Source of the DNA: Patescibacteria group bacterium
GTDB lineage: Bacteria; Patescibacteriota; Microgenomatia; UBA8517
Reading direction: 5' to 3'
DNA length: 64,000 bases
Assembly: GCA_035291665.1 (NCBI GenBank)
Contig: DATDRP010000001.1
Location: 66,569 to 130,568, forward strand
This document shows, one piece after another, positions 9,535-19,716 of this stretch. Position numbers and translations under genes: made by a program. Position 1 is the stretch's first letter. Every line of letters begins with the position of its first letter. A model generated the notes under the pieces. The model ran no database searches, was not told the DNA's origin, and saw only the letters and a list, made by a program, of their open reading frames with translations.

Positions 9535-11262
9535 TTAAATTCGGACCTGCAGGTTCCAGAAATGACTATATAAGCTTTTGTCTTTTGCTATTAATTCATT
9601 ATGCGATCCGGCTTCAACAATCCGGCCTTTTTCCAAAACAATAATTTTGTCTACCCGCTGAATGGTTGAGAGTCTGTGGGCGATAATGATTGTTGTTTTG
9701 TTTTTTGCAGCTTTCCAGAAGGCCTCCTGAATGAGCTTTTCAGATTCGGAATCCAGTTGCGATGTCGCTTCGTCAAAAATTATGATTGAAGGATCTGAAA
9801 GAATCATACGTGCGATGGCCAGGCGTTGTTTTTGGCCACCGGAAAGCTTAATACCTCTTTCTCCGACCTGAGTTTTGTATCCTTCCGGGAGTGATGAGAT
9901 AAATTCATGAATGTTTGCGATCCTAGCCGCGGCTTCAATTTCCTGAGTTGATGCTTCGGGTTTTGCATACGAAAGATTGTATAAAATGCTGTTATTAAAA
10001 AGCACCGGTTCTTGAGGAACGACCCCGAAGTGACTCCGGAGTTCTGATTTTTTGAATTGTTTAACATTTATCCCGTCAATTGAAATGGAACCCTTTGCAA
10101 CATCGTAAAACCGAAGCAAAAGTTTTATCAAAGTCGTTTTTCCCGCACCGGACCTGCCGACAAAAGCAACTGATTGTCCTTGCCTTATTCGAAGATTAAT
10201 GTTTTTCAAAGCACTCTTACTTTTCGCATCATAATTAAAATAGACACCCGAAAAATCAATTTCACCCTTCACATCCTTGAGATTCACGCTCTTTGGGGGA
10301 TCAATAATGAGAATTTTATTATCAAGTATCCCGAAATACCTCTCGATATCTGAATAACTTTTTGCAATGTCCCGAAAGCCCCAGACCAATTCAAATAATT
10401 GCGGAAAGAAGCTTTGTAAAAACGATGCTACGAGTACAAAATCACCAATCGAGAAAGTATTTTTGACAGTTTGATTAATCGAATATAAAAGTATCATAAA
10501 CGTGCTCAGATTTATGACCGTACCCATAGCAACATCGAAACCTCTGAATGTATAAACAAACTTCCATACATAGCCTTTCCAAAGTTTTTGTATGCCTACG
10601 AGCCTTTTTTGTTCCCAAATTTCTTTTGCAAAAAGTTTAACCGTCTCAAAATTAATCATATTGTCAACGACGATACTTGAAATATCGTCTTCGGTTTCAT
10701 TGACTTTTTTACGGGCAAGGACATTACCCTTAACAAATATAAAAGTGACGATAGTGGTCAAAATAAAAGTCAGAATGATCATCAAAAATATTGTTTTATC
10801 AAGATTGCTGAAAAAATAAAGGAGAACAAAAAACCTGATGAGAACATCGATAATTCTGTAATGTATCGAAAAATATAAATTCCAGAACGCCCCATCCCCA
10901 CGCTTGATGGCACTTATCAGCGAACCGGAAGATTTTGTTGTATGAAACGCAAAATCCAATTCATGTATATGGGAAAAGACTGTTCTTAAGGCATTTGCAC
11001 CGGCATCGATTGATAGAATGTCGCCAACTTGGAACCTGGCTGTCGATATGATAACAGCAATAAACCGGATCACAAGATATGAAGCCAGAATTGATACAAG
11101 AATACTTTTGTCCAGTGAAGGAATAGCATCAACAAATTTCTTAAAATAATACGGAGACAGGCTTTCAATAATCGGAGTGACTATCAAAAGCAAGACAAAC
11201 AGGATGCTCCAGAATTTCTTCCGGAAGAAAAAGCCATAAAAAGTTTTCAATATCTTTAACAT
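9535..11262 (-). CDS. ABC exporter, fused permease/ATPase
   Basis: N-terminal TM domain; Walker A GRSGAGKT, LSGGQKQR, FDEATS, IAHRLST. Confidence 0.93.
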   Translation of the reverse strand: MLKILKTFYGFFFRKKFWSILFVLLLIVTPIIESLSPYYFKKFVDAIPSLDKSILVSILASYLVIRFIAVIISTARFQVGDILSIDAGANALRTVFSHIHELDFAFHTTKSSGSLISAIKRGDGAFWNLYFSIHYRIIDVLIRFFVLLYFFSNLDKTIFLMIILTFILTTIVTFIFVKGNVLARKKVNETEDDISSIVVDNMINFETVKLFAKEIWEQKRLVGIQKLWKGYVWKFVYTFRGFDVAMGTVINLSTFMILLYSINQTVKNTFSIGDFVLVASFLQSFFPQLFELVWGFRDIAKSYSDIERYFGILDNKILIIDPPKSVNLKDVKGEIDFSGVYFNYDAKSKSALKNINLRIRQGQSVAFVGRSGAGKTTLIKLLLRFYDVAKGSISIDGINVKQFKKSELRSHFGVVPQEPVLFNNSILYNLSYAKPEASTQEIEAAARIANIHEFISSLPEGYKTQVGERGIKLSGGQKQRLAIARMILSDPSIIIFDEATSQLDSESEKLIQEAFWKAAKNKTTIIIAHRLSTIQRVDKIIVLEKGRIVEAGSHNELIAKDKSLYSHFWNLQVRI

Positions 11263-11404
11263 ATTCTTTTTTTTGGACGCAAAAAAACATACGAATTTGC
11301 CTGAGAGATTTGATTGTAGCATGAATTATTCGGAGATTTAAATAAGTAAATTGTTTCAGATAGTTTTTGAGTGAAGGTAAGGTAGATGTTGGGGTTATTG
11401 GAGA

Positions 11405-11755
11405 TCACTCAACAGATATCTTTCGAAGATTAAAATCCGGGGGAGTAAGGGGGGTCTTTTTTGTTATGACCTTTATGCCTATGTGATCGATCATCGGGAA
11501 GATTTTTCTTATTTCGTCACGATATTTTTCTGCTAGTTTTCCCGAGTATAAATTATACATTCCGCGTTCGGTATTGGTGCACAACCGGTTTTCATATTCC
11601 TGAACAATATCAAGAATGACATCACCTTTTTCGTTAAACTCTTTTTGCCATTTAACCTCATTTGTTTCGTATTTTGTGTGAAGAGCTGAAAATTCATCAA
11701 AGAGGACTTTGTTGTCTGAGAGCATTTTTTGGACGTATTCTTTGTATTTGACCAT
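11405..11755 (-). CDS. Hypothetical protein
   Basis: ORF starting MVKYKEYVQKM; no recognised motif. Confidence 0.6.
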   Translation of the reverse strand: MVKYKEYVQKMLSDNKVLFDEFSALHTKYETNEVKWQKEFNEKGDVILDIVQEYENRLCTNTERGMYNLYSGKLAEKYRDEIRKIFPMIDHIGIKVITKKTPLTPPDFNLRKISVE

Positions 11756-11863
11756 GATCTTACAAATTTGAATAACAGATATTACAATACAACCCAATAC
11801 TATAACAAATCAATAATTGAAATACTGCTATCGATATCTATATTTTTTTAAGAGGGGAGATTG

Positions 11864-12286
11864 TCATTTTGCCATAGCAATTACGATAGCTCCGACAGAC
11901 ATGAGAATTGCTCCTACGATAACAGCAAAGTTCACTTTTTCCTTCAGGATTATAAACGCTAGTACTATTGTGATAACGAGTGATAATTTATCAATCGGTA
12001 CGACTTTGGAGGCGTCTCCCATCTGAAGCGCCCGGAAATAAAATAACCATGAAAGACCTGTCGCAATTCCGGAAAGAATTAAAAATATCAACGAAAATTT
12101 GGAAATACTCCCAAGCTCTTTGTGAATACCCTGGAAAAAAACTATTCCCCAGGCAAAAATGACAATGACAACTGTTCGTACTGCTGTTGCTAAATTTGAA
12201 TTCACGTCTTTAATACCTATTTTGGCGAGTATTGAAGTCAATGCTGCAAAAATTGCTGATAATATTGCGAATATTAACCACTGCAT
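11864..12286 (-). CDS. EamA/DMT family transporter (single domain)
   Basis: AILSAIFAALTSILAKIG, SNLATAVRT, SWLFYFRAL, PIDKLS. Confidence 0.9.
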   Translation of the reverse strand: MQWLIFAILSAIFAALTSILAKIGIKDVNSNLATAVRTVVIVIFAWGIVFFQGIHKELGSISKFSLIFLILSGIATGLSWLFYFRALQMGDASKVVPIDKLSLVITIVLAFIILKEKVNFAVIVGAILMSVGAIVIAMAK

Positions 12287-12513
12287 ATTATGCAAAAATA
12301 TTATCACATTTTTTGATTAGGCTACACCCTGGTTTGGGTTAGTACCACAAGGTATAAATGGGTTTTATGCGAAATGTTATCCGGACTACAAAAATAATTG
12401 TATGGAAAATGTATGATTCAAAATACAATATCATAATCGATAAACGAATTGTTATTTGAAAATAATATAATGCCCCTGATTGATATCAACGTGTTTAAAA
12501 TAGATACTTGAAA

Positions 12514-12780
12514 ATGAGGTCTGATTTTATTATGGTATTTGAAGGGTTGAAAAAGTTGAAAGAAAATTTTTTTATTGGACTACCCAAACGAAAGGAAAAA
12601 GTACGAACAGGTTTTTGTGAACCTCCGGAAGGCGATCTTCATAATTCATTGGTAGTAAATATCGATTTTGAGTGCAGGCCTTGCGTATTTTTGAGATGCC
12701 ACATGTTTGAAACAAGGTTAGAAAGAGGTGAAATAGTGAATCGGATTTTTATAAATCATCAACCCGAGTATGGTGAGTAA
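12514..12780 (+). CDS. Small Cys-containing hypothetical protein
   Basis: Short ORF with CxxC and further Cys/His. Confidence 0.45.
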   Translation: MRSDFIMVFEGLKKLKENFFIGLPKRKEKVRTGFCEPPEGDLHNSLVVNIDFECRPCVFLRCHMFETRLERGEIVNRIFINHQPEYGE

Positions 12781-12813
12781 TTACCTATAAGAATGTAATT
12801 GAATAATTTATTA

Positions 12814-13197
12814 ATGAAAAAGATTGATGATAGTAAACTAACGGACGAGGAAAAGCGGGTTATTCTTGATAAAGGAACCGAAAAACCATTTACAGGTCAA
12901 TATGACAATTTTTTTAAAGTTGGTGTATACAAGTGTAAACGCTGCGGTGCCAATCTTTACAGGTCCGACGACAAGTTTGAAGCCCACTGCGGATGGCCAA
13001 GCTTTGATCAGGCGATAGAAGGAGCGGTTAAGAGAATTCCTGATCCGGATGGAATCAGAATCGAGATAGTATGTATGAGATGCGGTGCGTACCTTGGACA
13101 CGTCTTCGAAGGCGAGAGCTTAACGGACAGAAATACAAGATATTGTGTAAATTCAATTTCAATGAATTTTGTTCCGGCAAACAAATATGATAAATAA
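12814..13197 (+). CDS. msrB: Peptide-methionine (R)-S-oxide reductase
   Basis: GTEKPF, CxxC, GWPSF, LGHVF, RYCVNS. Confidence 0.95.
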   Translation: MKKIDDSKLTDEEKRVILDKGTEKPFTGQYDNFFKVGVYKCKRCGANLYRSDDKFEAHCGWPSFDQAIEGAVKRIPDPDGIRIEIVCMRCGAYLGHVFEGESLTDRNTRYCVNSISMNFVPANKYDK

Positions 13198-13717
13198 GGC
13201 TTATTTTGCAGGGGGTTGTTTTTGGTGTGTTGAAGCCGTACTGAAAAATCTGAATGGAGTTGAAAAAGTAACTTCGGGTTATGCCGGAGGATCCATTGAT
13301 AATCCAAACTATGAGCAGGTGAGTTCCGGTACAACCGGACATGTGGAAACGGTTGAAGTGTTGTTTGACCCATCAATAATTTCGTATGAATTACTCTTGG
13401 ATGTTTTTTTCACATCGCATGACCCAACAACAGTAAACCGTCAAGGGTCCGATGTCGGGGAACAATACCGGTCAGTGATTTTTTATATCAATGAAGACCA
13501 AAAAAGAATTTCCGAAGAGTTTATTAATAAACTTGAAAAAGAAAAAGTCTATAATAATACGATAATTACGAGCGTTACAAAACTGATAAAATTTTATCCG
13601 GCTGAAGAATATCACCAAAATTATTACGATAACAATAAATCTGCTCCTTATTGTCAAATTGTAATTAATCCAAAACTTTCAAAAATACGCCAAAAGTTCT
13701 CTGGGTACTTGAAGTAA
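13187..13717 (+). CDS. msrA: Peptide-methionine (S)-S-oxide reductase
   Basis: GGCFWC, SGYAGG, HDPT, QYRS, AEEYHQNYY. Confidence 0.96.
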   Translation: MINKAYFAGGCFWCVEAVLKNLNGVEKVTSGYAGGSIDNPNYEQVSSGTTGHVETVEVLFDPSIISYELLLDVFFTSHDPTTVNRQGSDVGEQYRSVIFYINEDQKRISEEFINKLEKEKVYNNTIITSVTKLIKFYPAEEYHQNYYDNNKSAPYCQIVINPKLSKIRQKFSGYLK

Positions 13718-13797
13718 GGTTGTCATATTTTCCCTCTTTTATATTTTCAATTCTTCTTGTAATTGATAAATAGAGTTTTATTCAATACAATACCCAA

Positions 13798-14034
13798 ATG
13801 ATAGAATTTAAACCGGAATTAGTTGTGCTTGAAGATATTGATATCGAATCCTCATCGGTTGGAAGTGCCCACGCGGATGGAGGAGTGGTTGTCTATTCCG
13901 AATCTTACAGCTGTTTGGGTGCGTCCTTTGGCTGGGTCAGAATTTGTAAAAGTAGGCTTCCCTCCAATTGTCACCGCTGTTTAAAACCCGTTCATGGAGA
14001 ATGTGAAGCGCCTGCATCTGAAATATTAAAATAA
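13798..14034 (+). CDS. Small Cys-rich hypothetical protein
   Basis: 78 aa, 5 Cys including CHRC; -10-like TACAAT just upstream. Confidence 0.5.
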   Translation: MIEFKPELVVLEDIDIESSSVGSAHADGGVVVYSESYSCLGASFGWVRICKSRLPSNCHRCLKPVHGECEAPASEILK

Positions 14035-14060
14035 CCAAGTCTTGGTATAATAAGTCCTGT

Positions 14061-14531
14061 ATGTTAAAGGCACTTCTTTTTGATTTGTCGTATACACTTT
14101 TGTTTCCACGAGACAAAACGTATCATGAGGAGTTAAATAAACTTCATAAAGAGCTTAAGGGTAGTCCCACCTACATTCCTTCGGAATATTATTATCTTGA
14201 TTATGAGATTTTAGAATTTTTGAAGTCTTTTAAGGGAAATTATAAATTCTATATCTTCACATCGGGAAGTATCCAAAACATTCCAGAGTTTCATGCGAAA
14301 TTAAAAGATGTTTTCAATGAAATATTTTCTGCTGGTGAAATGGGGTTATCCAAGAAGGATCCGGAAGCCTATAAAACAATTTCAAAAGCTTTGAAAGTTG
14401 AACCGGCAGAATTACTCTTCATAGATGATATTGACCTAAACTGTAAAGCAGCAGCAGCCGCCGGATTAAAAACTTATCAATATCAAAATACGAATGAATT
14501 AATTGAGTTTTTGAATAATCTTAAGGATTAG
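14061..14531 (+). CDS. HAD superfamily hydrolase
   Basis: FDLSYT motif I variant, FTSG, KKDPEAY, FIDD. Confidence 0.85.
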   Translation: MLKALLFDLSYTLLFPRDKTYHEELNKLHKELKGSPTYIPSEYYYLDYEILEFLKSFKGNYKFYIFTSGSIQNIPEFHAKLKDVFNEIFSAGEMGLSKKDPEAYKTISKALKVEPAELLFIDDIDLNCKAAAAAGLKTYQYQNTNELIEFLNNLKD

Positions 14532-14543
14532 AAAAAGTATTAT

Positions 14544-15089
14544 ATGAGACGGATCGGAGTGCTGATACTAATATTATTTTGTGTAATCGGGATTGAAGTG
14601 TTTCTGATAAGAGATATAGATAAAGGCAGCGATGTTCTAGGAATGGACGCAGTCATACCTACTCCAACTGTTACTCCGGTTCCATCCACAACACCAACGC
14701 CACTTCCTTCGATGACGCCAACACCCATCCCCACCAAGACTCCAAAACCTACTATTATTCCGACGCCTTTTCCGACAATAATTCCTCAACCAGCGTATAC
14801 CTCGCAACAAATTAATGAATTAATTGAAAGATTTGCTGTCCAATACAATGTTGACCCGAATGTTATACGCCATATTGCAATATGTGAATCGGGGTTCAAC
14901 CCGTCAGCGGTGAACGGTCCGTACGCAGGTTTATTTCAATTCAAAGGCAAAACCTGGAGCAATAGCCGAATACAAATGGGTGAGGACTCTCAACCCGATT
15001 TGAGATTTAACGCGGAAGAAGCAATCCAAACAGGAGCTTATCTTATCTCGCAAGGGAAATTTTATCTTTGGCCGAATTGTAAACCATAA
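14544..15089 (+). CDS. Membrane-anchored lytic transglycosylase-like (SLT/lysozyme fold) protein
   Basis: N-terminal TM, PT-rich linker, IAICESG catalytic Glu motif, GLFQF. Confidence 0.8.
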   Translation: MRRIGVLILILFCVIGIEVFLIRDIDKGSDVLGMDAVIPTPTVTPVPSTTPTPLPSMTPTPIPTKTPKPTIIPTPFPTIIPQPAYTSQQINELIERFAVQYNVDPNVIRHIAICESGFNPSAVNGPYAGLFQFKGKTWSNSRIQMGEDSQPDLRFNAEEAIQTGAYLISQGKFYLWPNCKP

Positions 15090-15187
15090 ACCACTCCCTC
15101 AAATGTAACTCCACTAACGCAACATGTGTGAGTGTGGCTATAGATCCAGATCCTCAAAATGTAATTTAATTATAAAAGAAGGTCTGT

Positions 15188-15640
15188 GTGATTCAAAAAT
15201 ATATAAAAAGCGATATAAAGAAGTTTTTAGAGAGAATTTCTGTGATGTCGATTGCTTTGTGCTTAAAAAAACGACCAATTTCTTCAGTTGTATTGTTTAC
15301 GGTTGATAATGATTTGTCTTTCTATTTTATAACTAAGAAAAATACCTACAAAGCAAAAGCAATAGATGAAAACCCCCAAATGAGTTTATGCGTCTGGAAA
15401 CAGAATGATAAATTGATACAAGCATCTGGGAACATCATTGAACTGGCAGGTGATGATGATTTTGATAAATATTACAAAAGACTTCAAACCATCAACAAAG
15501 AGTTGGGGAATATCTATTGGCCGTATTTAGCCACCAAGGGGAGTGAGGCAATCGTATACAAACTGCTTACGAAGTGGTTGCGGGTCATGGACTTAACCTA
15601 TAAGGGTAGTGATTCTCCCTTTTACAACATGGAATTCTAA
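15188..15640 (+). CDS. Pyridoxamine 5'-phosphate oxidase-like FMN-binding protein
   Basis: FYFITKKNTYKAKAIDENPQMSL split-barrel signature. Confidence 0.7.
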   Translation: MIQKYIKSDIKKFLERISVMSIALCLKKRPISSVVLFTVDNDLSFYFITKKNTYKAKAIDENPQMSLCVWKQNDKLIQASGNIIELAGDDDFDKYYKRLQTINKELGNIYWPYLATKGSEAIVYKLLTKWLRVMDLTYKGSDSPFYNMEF

Positions 15641-15666
15641 TTTTCTCACCCTTCCGTAAATATCAT

Positions 15667-17130
15667 TTACTTTTGAGTTGAAAGCGGAAGACTTACTGTA
15701 AAGGATGATCCTTTTCCAATCTTACTGGTCAGAGTAATGTCTCCATCGTGTGCGTTTATAATTTGTTTAGCGATGAAAAGACCCACTCCCAATCCTTTGT
15801 TATTTGAATTGTTGTTGATTCTATTGAAAGGTGCAAATATTTTATCATGAAATTCTTTGGGGATGCCTTGACCGCTGTCTTTTATCCTAAAAACGGCGAA
15901 ATCATTATGTCTATAGACTGAAATGATAACCCGGGAATGCGGTGCATGACGGAGCGCATTCATAAATAAATTTGTCAGAGCCTGTTCAATTCTCACCGCA
16001 TCCCATGAGCCGATTATTTCGGAATCAGATATTTTTGCTACTACTGTGCAGCCGGAGAGCTTTATTTCGACTTCGTATTTATGAATTAAATCACTAACTA
16101 GTTTTGTCAAATCAACTTTTTCCTTACTTAATGTCAGCTTGTGCGTGCTTGTCAGTGAGACATTTAGCAAGTCTTTAATTAAAACTGATAAGTTTTGGCT
16201 TTGTTTTTCAGCGATTTGAAGTGATTTCAACAAATCACTGCCTGAAAAATCAGCCAGTGTTTGAGAAGAAATTTTTCTTAGTGTAGCTTGAAGCTGAAGA
16301 AGTATTGTAGTCAATGGCGTCTTTAGTTCATGGCTGGCAATTGATAGAAATTCATCCCTGTCTTTCACGGCTTTCTCTGCCAAACTTCTGGCTTTTTTTT
16401 CCTGTTTTATGATATCAACTTTTTCCCTGTCCAGCTCTTTTTGAAATGTTATATCCTGAACACTGCTGACTATTGCCCTTATATCATTGTGTTTCAATAA
16501 ATTTATGGAGTCGAGTTTAGTCCATATATAACCTGTTTCACCTTTTTTAAATCTTAATTCAACAGTTTTCCTCTCACCCGGGTTTTTTAAAACATCATTT
16601 AAGAAGGTCTTATGTTCTTGCACGTCGTCAGGAAATATATAACCATCAAGAGTAGCTCCCGAGGGAATATTATTTTGTAATGAAAGGAGTTCCTTGATTG
16701 ATTCGCTAATAAATATAATTTGCCCCCTTTCATTTTTAAGAATAATTGGTTGAAGACTCAAATTTATAAGACTCTTTAAGTGTGCAACGTATTCAAGGGT
16801 TTTTTCTAAGCGCTTTTGCCTTAAACGTTTAATAAGGAAATAGAATCCGGTTATAACAGATATTAAAATTGCATTTGTAAGATAAGTAGCTCCTTGAACG
16901 TCTCCACTCTTAATAGCTTGATAAATCTGCAGCACAATCGCCACCGATGCGGTAAAGGTACCCGCCAGAAGTGAAAAGAGTTCCCAGACTGCATAAAATA
17001 ATAACATGAATAATATAACAAACAATGGTCCGGAACTGATTGAGGATTGAGTTTGCAGGTAAAAAATACCAAGAACCAATACCAAAATACATGAATAAAC
17101 AAATATGTCTGATTGCGATATTTTTCTCAT
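15667..17130 (-). CDS. Membrane sensor histidine kinase with PAS domain
   Basis: TM N-terminus, PAS, ASHELKTPL H-box, NLFMNA, DSGQGI, GLGVGL. Confidence 0.93.
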   Translation of the reverse strand: MRKISQSDIFVYSCILVLVLGIFYLQTQSSISSGPLFVILFMLLFYAVWELFSLLAGTFTASVAIVLQIYQAIKSGDVQGATYLTNAILISVITGFYFLIKRLRQKRLEKTLEYVAHLKSLINLSLQPIILKNERGQIIFISESIKELLSLQNNIPSGATLDGYIFPDDVQEHKTFLNDVLKNPGERKTVELRFKKGETGYIWTKLDSINLLKHNDIRAIVSSVQDITFQKELDREKVDIIKQEKKARSLAEKAVKDRDEFLSIASHELKTPLTTILLQLQATLRKISSQTLADFSGSDLLKSLQIAEKQSQNLSVLIKDLLNVSLTSTHKLTLSKEKVDLTKLVSDLIHKYEVEIKLSGCTVVAKISDSEIIGSWDAVRIEQALTNLFMNALRHAPHSRVIISVYRHNDFAVFRIKDSGQGIPKEFHDKIFAPFNRINNNSNNKGLGVGLFIAKQIINAHDGDITLTSKIGKGSSFTVSLPLSTQK

Positions 17131-17164
17131 TAGAAAACGTAAGCGAATTAAGTTTTAAGAGTAA

Positions 17165-17836
17165 TTATTCTTCAATTAAGTAACCAAAACCTCTTCTATT
17201 TTTTATTAGTTTTTTTGGAAATCCGCTGTCTATTTTTCTTCGTAAATAACCGATGTATACATCCACAACCCGACTTTCGACTTCGGACGAATAATCCCAG
17301 ATGTGATTCAGGATCATATCCCTCGTAAGAACGATTCCTTTATTTTCGAGTAAATATCGCAATAAATCGTACTCTGTTTTTGTTAATTTGATTTTACGTT
17401 TGGATCTTTTCGCAATCATTTTAGAGAGATCTAAAACCAAATCTCCCGCAGTTAAGAGAGGATTATTTAATTTGCGTGTTTTTATCCTGGCATTAATTCT
17501 TGCCAATAGTTCTTCAACGGAAAAAGGTTTAGGAAGATAGTCGTCTGCGCCAAGGTTGAGTCCTTCAGCAATTTCTTGAGGCTTTGATTTAGCCGTTAAT
17601 ATAACGACTGCCAAATGAGGGTAGTCTACACGGACTTTCTTCAGAACATCTTCCCCCTGTATATCAGGTAGTCCCAAATCCAAAAGCACTAAATTGGGTT
17701 GAAGTTTTTCAATTTTTCTCAAAGCTTCGGAACCGCTTGAACACGTATCAACTATGAATCCTTCGTTTCGAATAAAATCACATAAAGTTTTTTGTAAATC
17801 AATATCGTCTTCGACGATCAATATTTTTGTTGACAT
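17165..17836 (-). CDS. OmpR/PhoB family response regulator
   Basis: ILIVEDD, LLDLGLP, GADDYLPKPF, wHTH VVDVYIGYLRRK, RGFGY. Confidence 0.94.
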   Translation of the reverse strand: MSTKILIVEDDIDLQKTLCDFIRNEGFIVDTCSSGSEALRKIEKLQPNLVLLDLGLPDIQGEDVLKKVRVDYPHLAVVILTAKSKPQEIAEGLNLGADDYLPKPFSVEELLARINARIKTRKLNNPLLTAGDLVLDLSKMIAKRSKRKIKLTKTEYDLLRYLLENKGIVLTRDMILNHIWDYSSEVESRVVDVYIGYLRRKIDSGFPKKLIKNRRGFGYLIEE

Positions 17837-17981
17837 GTTTAATTATCTCATACGCGTAAAGACTGTAATTCTTACAATATTTTGGTTTTTATACTTAAGA
17901 TTTTTATCTAAATTATTATTAATATGAAAATTTTAAATTATTGGATAACTACTCAAAGAAAACCTGAAGGGGGTGATAAAT

Positions 17982-18287
17982 ATGATCTTTGAAACGGCTT
18001 TATTATTTTCCGCTTTGTATACACTCTTTTATCTTGGAGGACAGATTGATATTTCATTCATGGAGGAGGATGCGTACAAGTACTGGAAAGGTATTGATAG
18101 AAATGCCAAATCAAGAATAAAAGAAGGATTCAAAAAGTATTTCGGAAATTCGTTAAAAAAATCAGATGACATTACAGGCGGTGGTGGAGACGGTTGGGGA
18201 GATGAATTTACCGAAGAGGGCGCTACTCGATTTCCCGGAAAGCCAGTGGCGCCCGCATCTCCTTTCCTAAGACAAATTAAAAATTAA
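17982..18287 (+). CDS. Small membrane-anchored hypothetical protein
   Basis: SD-like GGGGGTGA before ATG 17982; N-terminal hydrophobic helix. Confidence 0.55.
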   Translation: MIFETALLFSALYTLFYLGGQIDISFMEEDAYKYWKGIDRNAKSRIKEGFKKYFGNSLKKSDDITGGGGDGWGDEFTEEGATRFPGKPVAPASPFLRQIKN

Positions 18288-18318
18288 TCAGACTATAACT
18301 AATTCAGCTTAAATAACT

Positions 18319-19716
18319 ATGCTATTTCCATTATTAACAGTTTTTGATTTTTCAACAGTCAGGGCGAATTTTATTCGTCCGATAAATTTGAAAAAAATTC
18401 AAGCGAGATCTAATGATTTTGCATTATTAGTACCTATTTTTAACGACACGAAATATTTGACAAATGTAGAATTTTTAAGACTTTACTCAGACAGAGTCGT
18501 ATTGTGTACAACAACCAATGAGACTCCTGAATTTATGAATGATCTTCAAAATCTATCGAATAGATTTGGTTTCAGGATTTACCGCTGCGATGTTGGGATC
18601 GGAAAAAAGAATCCGTGGGCAATATACAATAAAACTCTTCTTGCTCATGATGCGGTTTTGAAAAGTACAATAGGACAGCTCAATGAAAAATATGTAATCT
18701 TTATTGATGGGGACACATTTGTTGACGGATCCTTAAGTCTTCTTTGCGGTGCGATGGACGAGAACAATTTTGATTTGGCATCTGTGAAGGTATTGCCTTC
18801 AAAACGAAATACCGTTATGGAGCATTTGCAGGGAGTTGAATACGATATAGCTATGCAGGCAAGGCTTATTTATCCATGGCTTACAAGCGGCGCCGGTATG
18901 GTAGCCAAACGCAGCGTGATGATTTCAATAATGAGAAATCATTCACTATTTTTTAATGGCGGAGACGTTGAAATCGGCCGGCTGGCAGACATGATGGGGT
19001 ATAACATCGGTCACATCCCCATGCCTTTTTATACTGATGTTCCTTCCACTTTTACCGGTTGGGTTAAACAAAGATTCTCGTGGATGTGCGGAATGTTCCG
19101 GCATTCCATAATTAATATCGACCACAATTTAAGGCATCCTTTTCATTTTATTTATTACACTTTTATAATCTATTTCCTAATCCCGTTTAAATTATTCGAA
19201 CTTCTGACAAAACCCCATTTGATACCTCTCATTATGGCTGTATATTTTTTAATTACCTTTATAGCTAATTGGAAAGTAAAAAGCAGATGGATGCTTCTTT
19301 TTCCATTTTATGCGCTTTTCCAAATCATTATTATTATCTGGTTTGGAATATATCGGTATCTAACAACCGTTATAAAATCCAGAAATGTCGGAAAAATCAG
19401 AATGCAGTATAACCCAAATAGTGTGAGTGCATTGGATTATTCGCATTTAACAAAATCATTAAAAAATTATGCAACGATCTCTCTTGCAGTATTTGTTATT
19501 TGTGCCACAAACGTATCATTTTTTCAAAGAATAGTTTTTGGAAAGGACTACGAGGTAATAGAACTAGCACAGGCAATAAGTCTTAATTTGACCAAAAACG
19601 TTGAAAAAATAGGTACCAATATAGCTATGGACACGGAGGGGTGGGGTGATCCGGCGGTTATTCCCCAAGTTGCCGGAGCATCTGCCGAATCAAATGAACA
19701 AACGATTGAAGAATAA
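18319..19716 (+). CDS. Processive GT2 glycosyltransferase (synthase-like)
   Basis: VPIFN, IDGD (DxD), GAG, GGD, QRFSW (QxxRW-like), C-terminal TM helices. Confidence 0.82.
   Translation: MLFPLLTVFDFSTVRANFIRPINLKKIQARSNDFALLVPIFNDTKYLTNVEFLRLYSDRVVLCTTTNETPEFMNDLQNLSNRFGFRIYRCDVGIGKKNPWAIYNKTLLAHDAVLKSTIGQLNEKYVIFIDGDTFVDGSLSLLCGAMDENNFDLASVKVLPSKRNTVMEHLQGVEYDIAMQARLIYPWLTSGAGMVAKRSVMISIMRNHSLFFNGGDVEIGRLADMMGYNIGHIPMPFYTDVPSTFTGWVKQRFSWMCGMFRHSIINIDHNLRHPFHFIYYTFIIYFLIPFKLFELLTKPHLIPLIMAVYFLITFIANWKVKSRWMLLFPFYALFQIIIIIWFGIYRYLTTVIKSRNVGKIRMQYNPNSVSALDYSHLTKSLKNYATISLAVFVICATNVSFFQRIVFGKDYEVIELAQAISLNLTKNVEKIGTNIAMDTEGWGDPAVIPQVAGASAESNEQTIEE

Noticed and set aside
14655-14790. Repetitive DNA in the SLT gene as a mobile repeat
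   Set aside because: Explained by an ordinary Pro/Thr-rich linker
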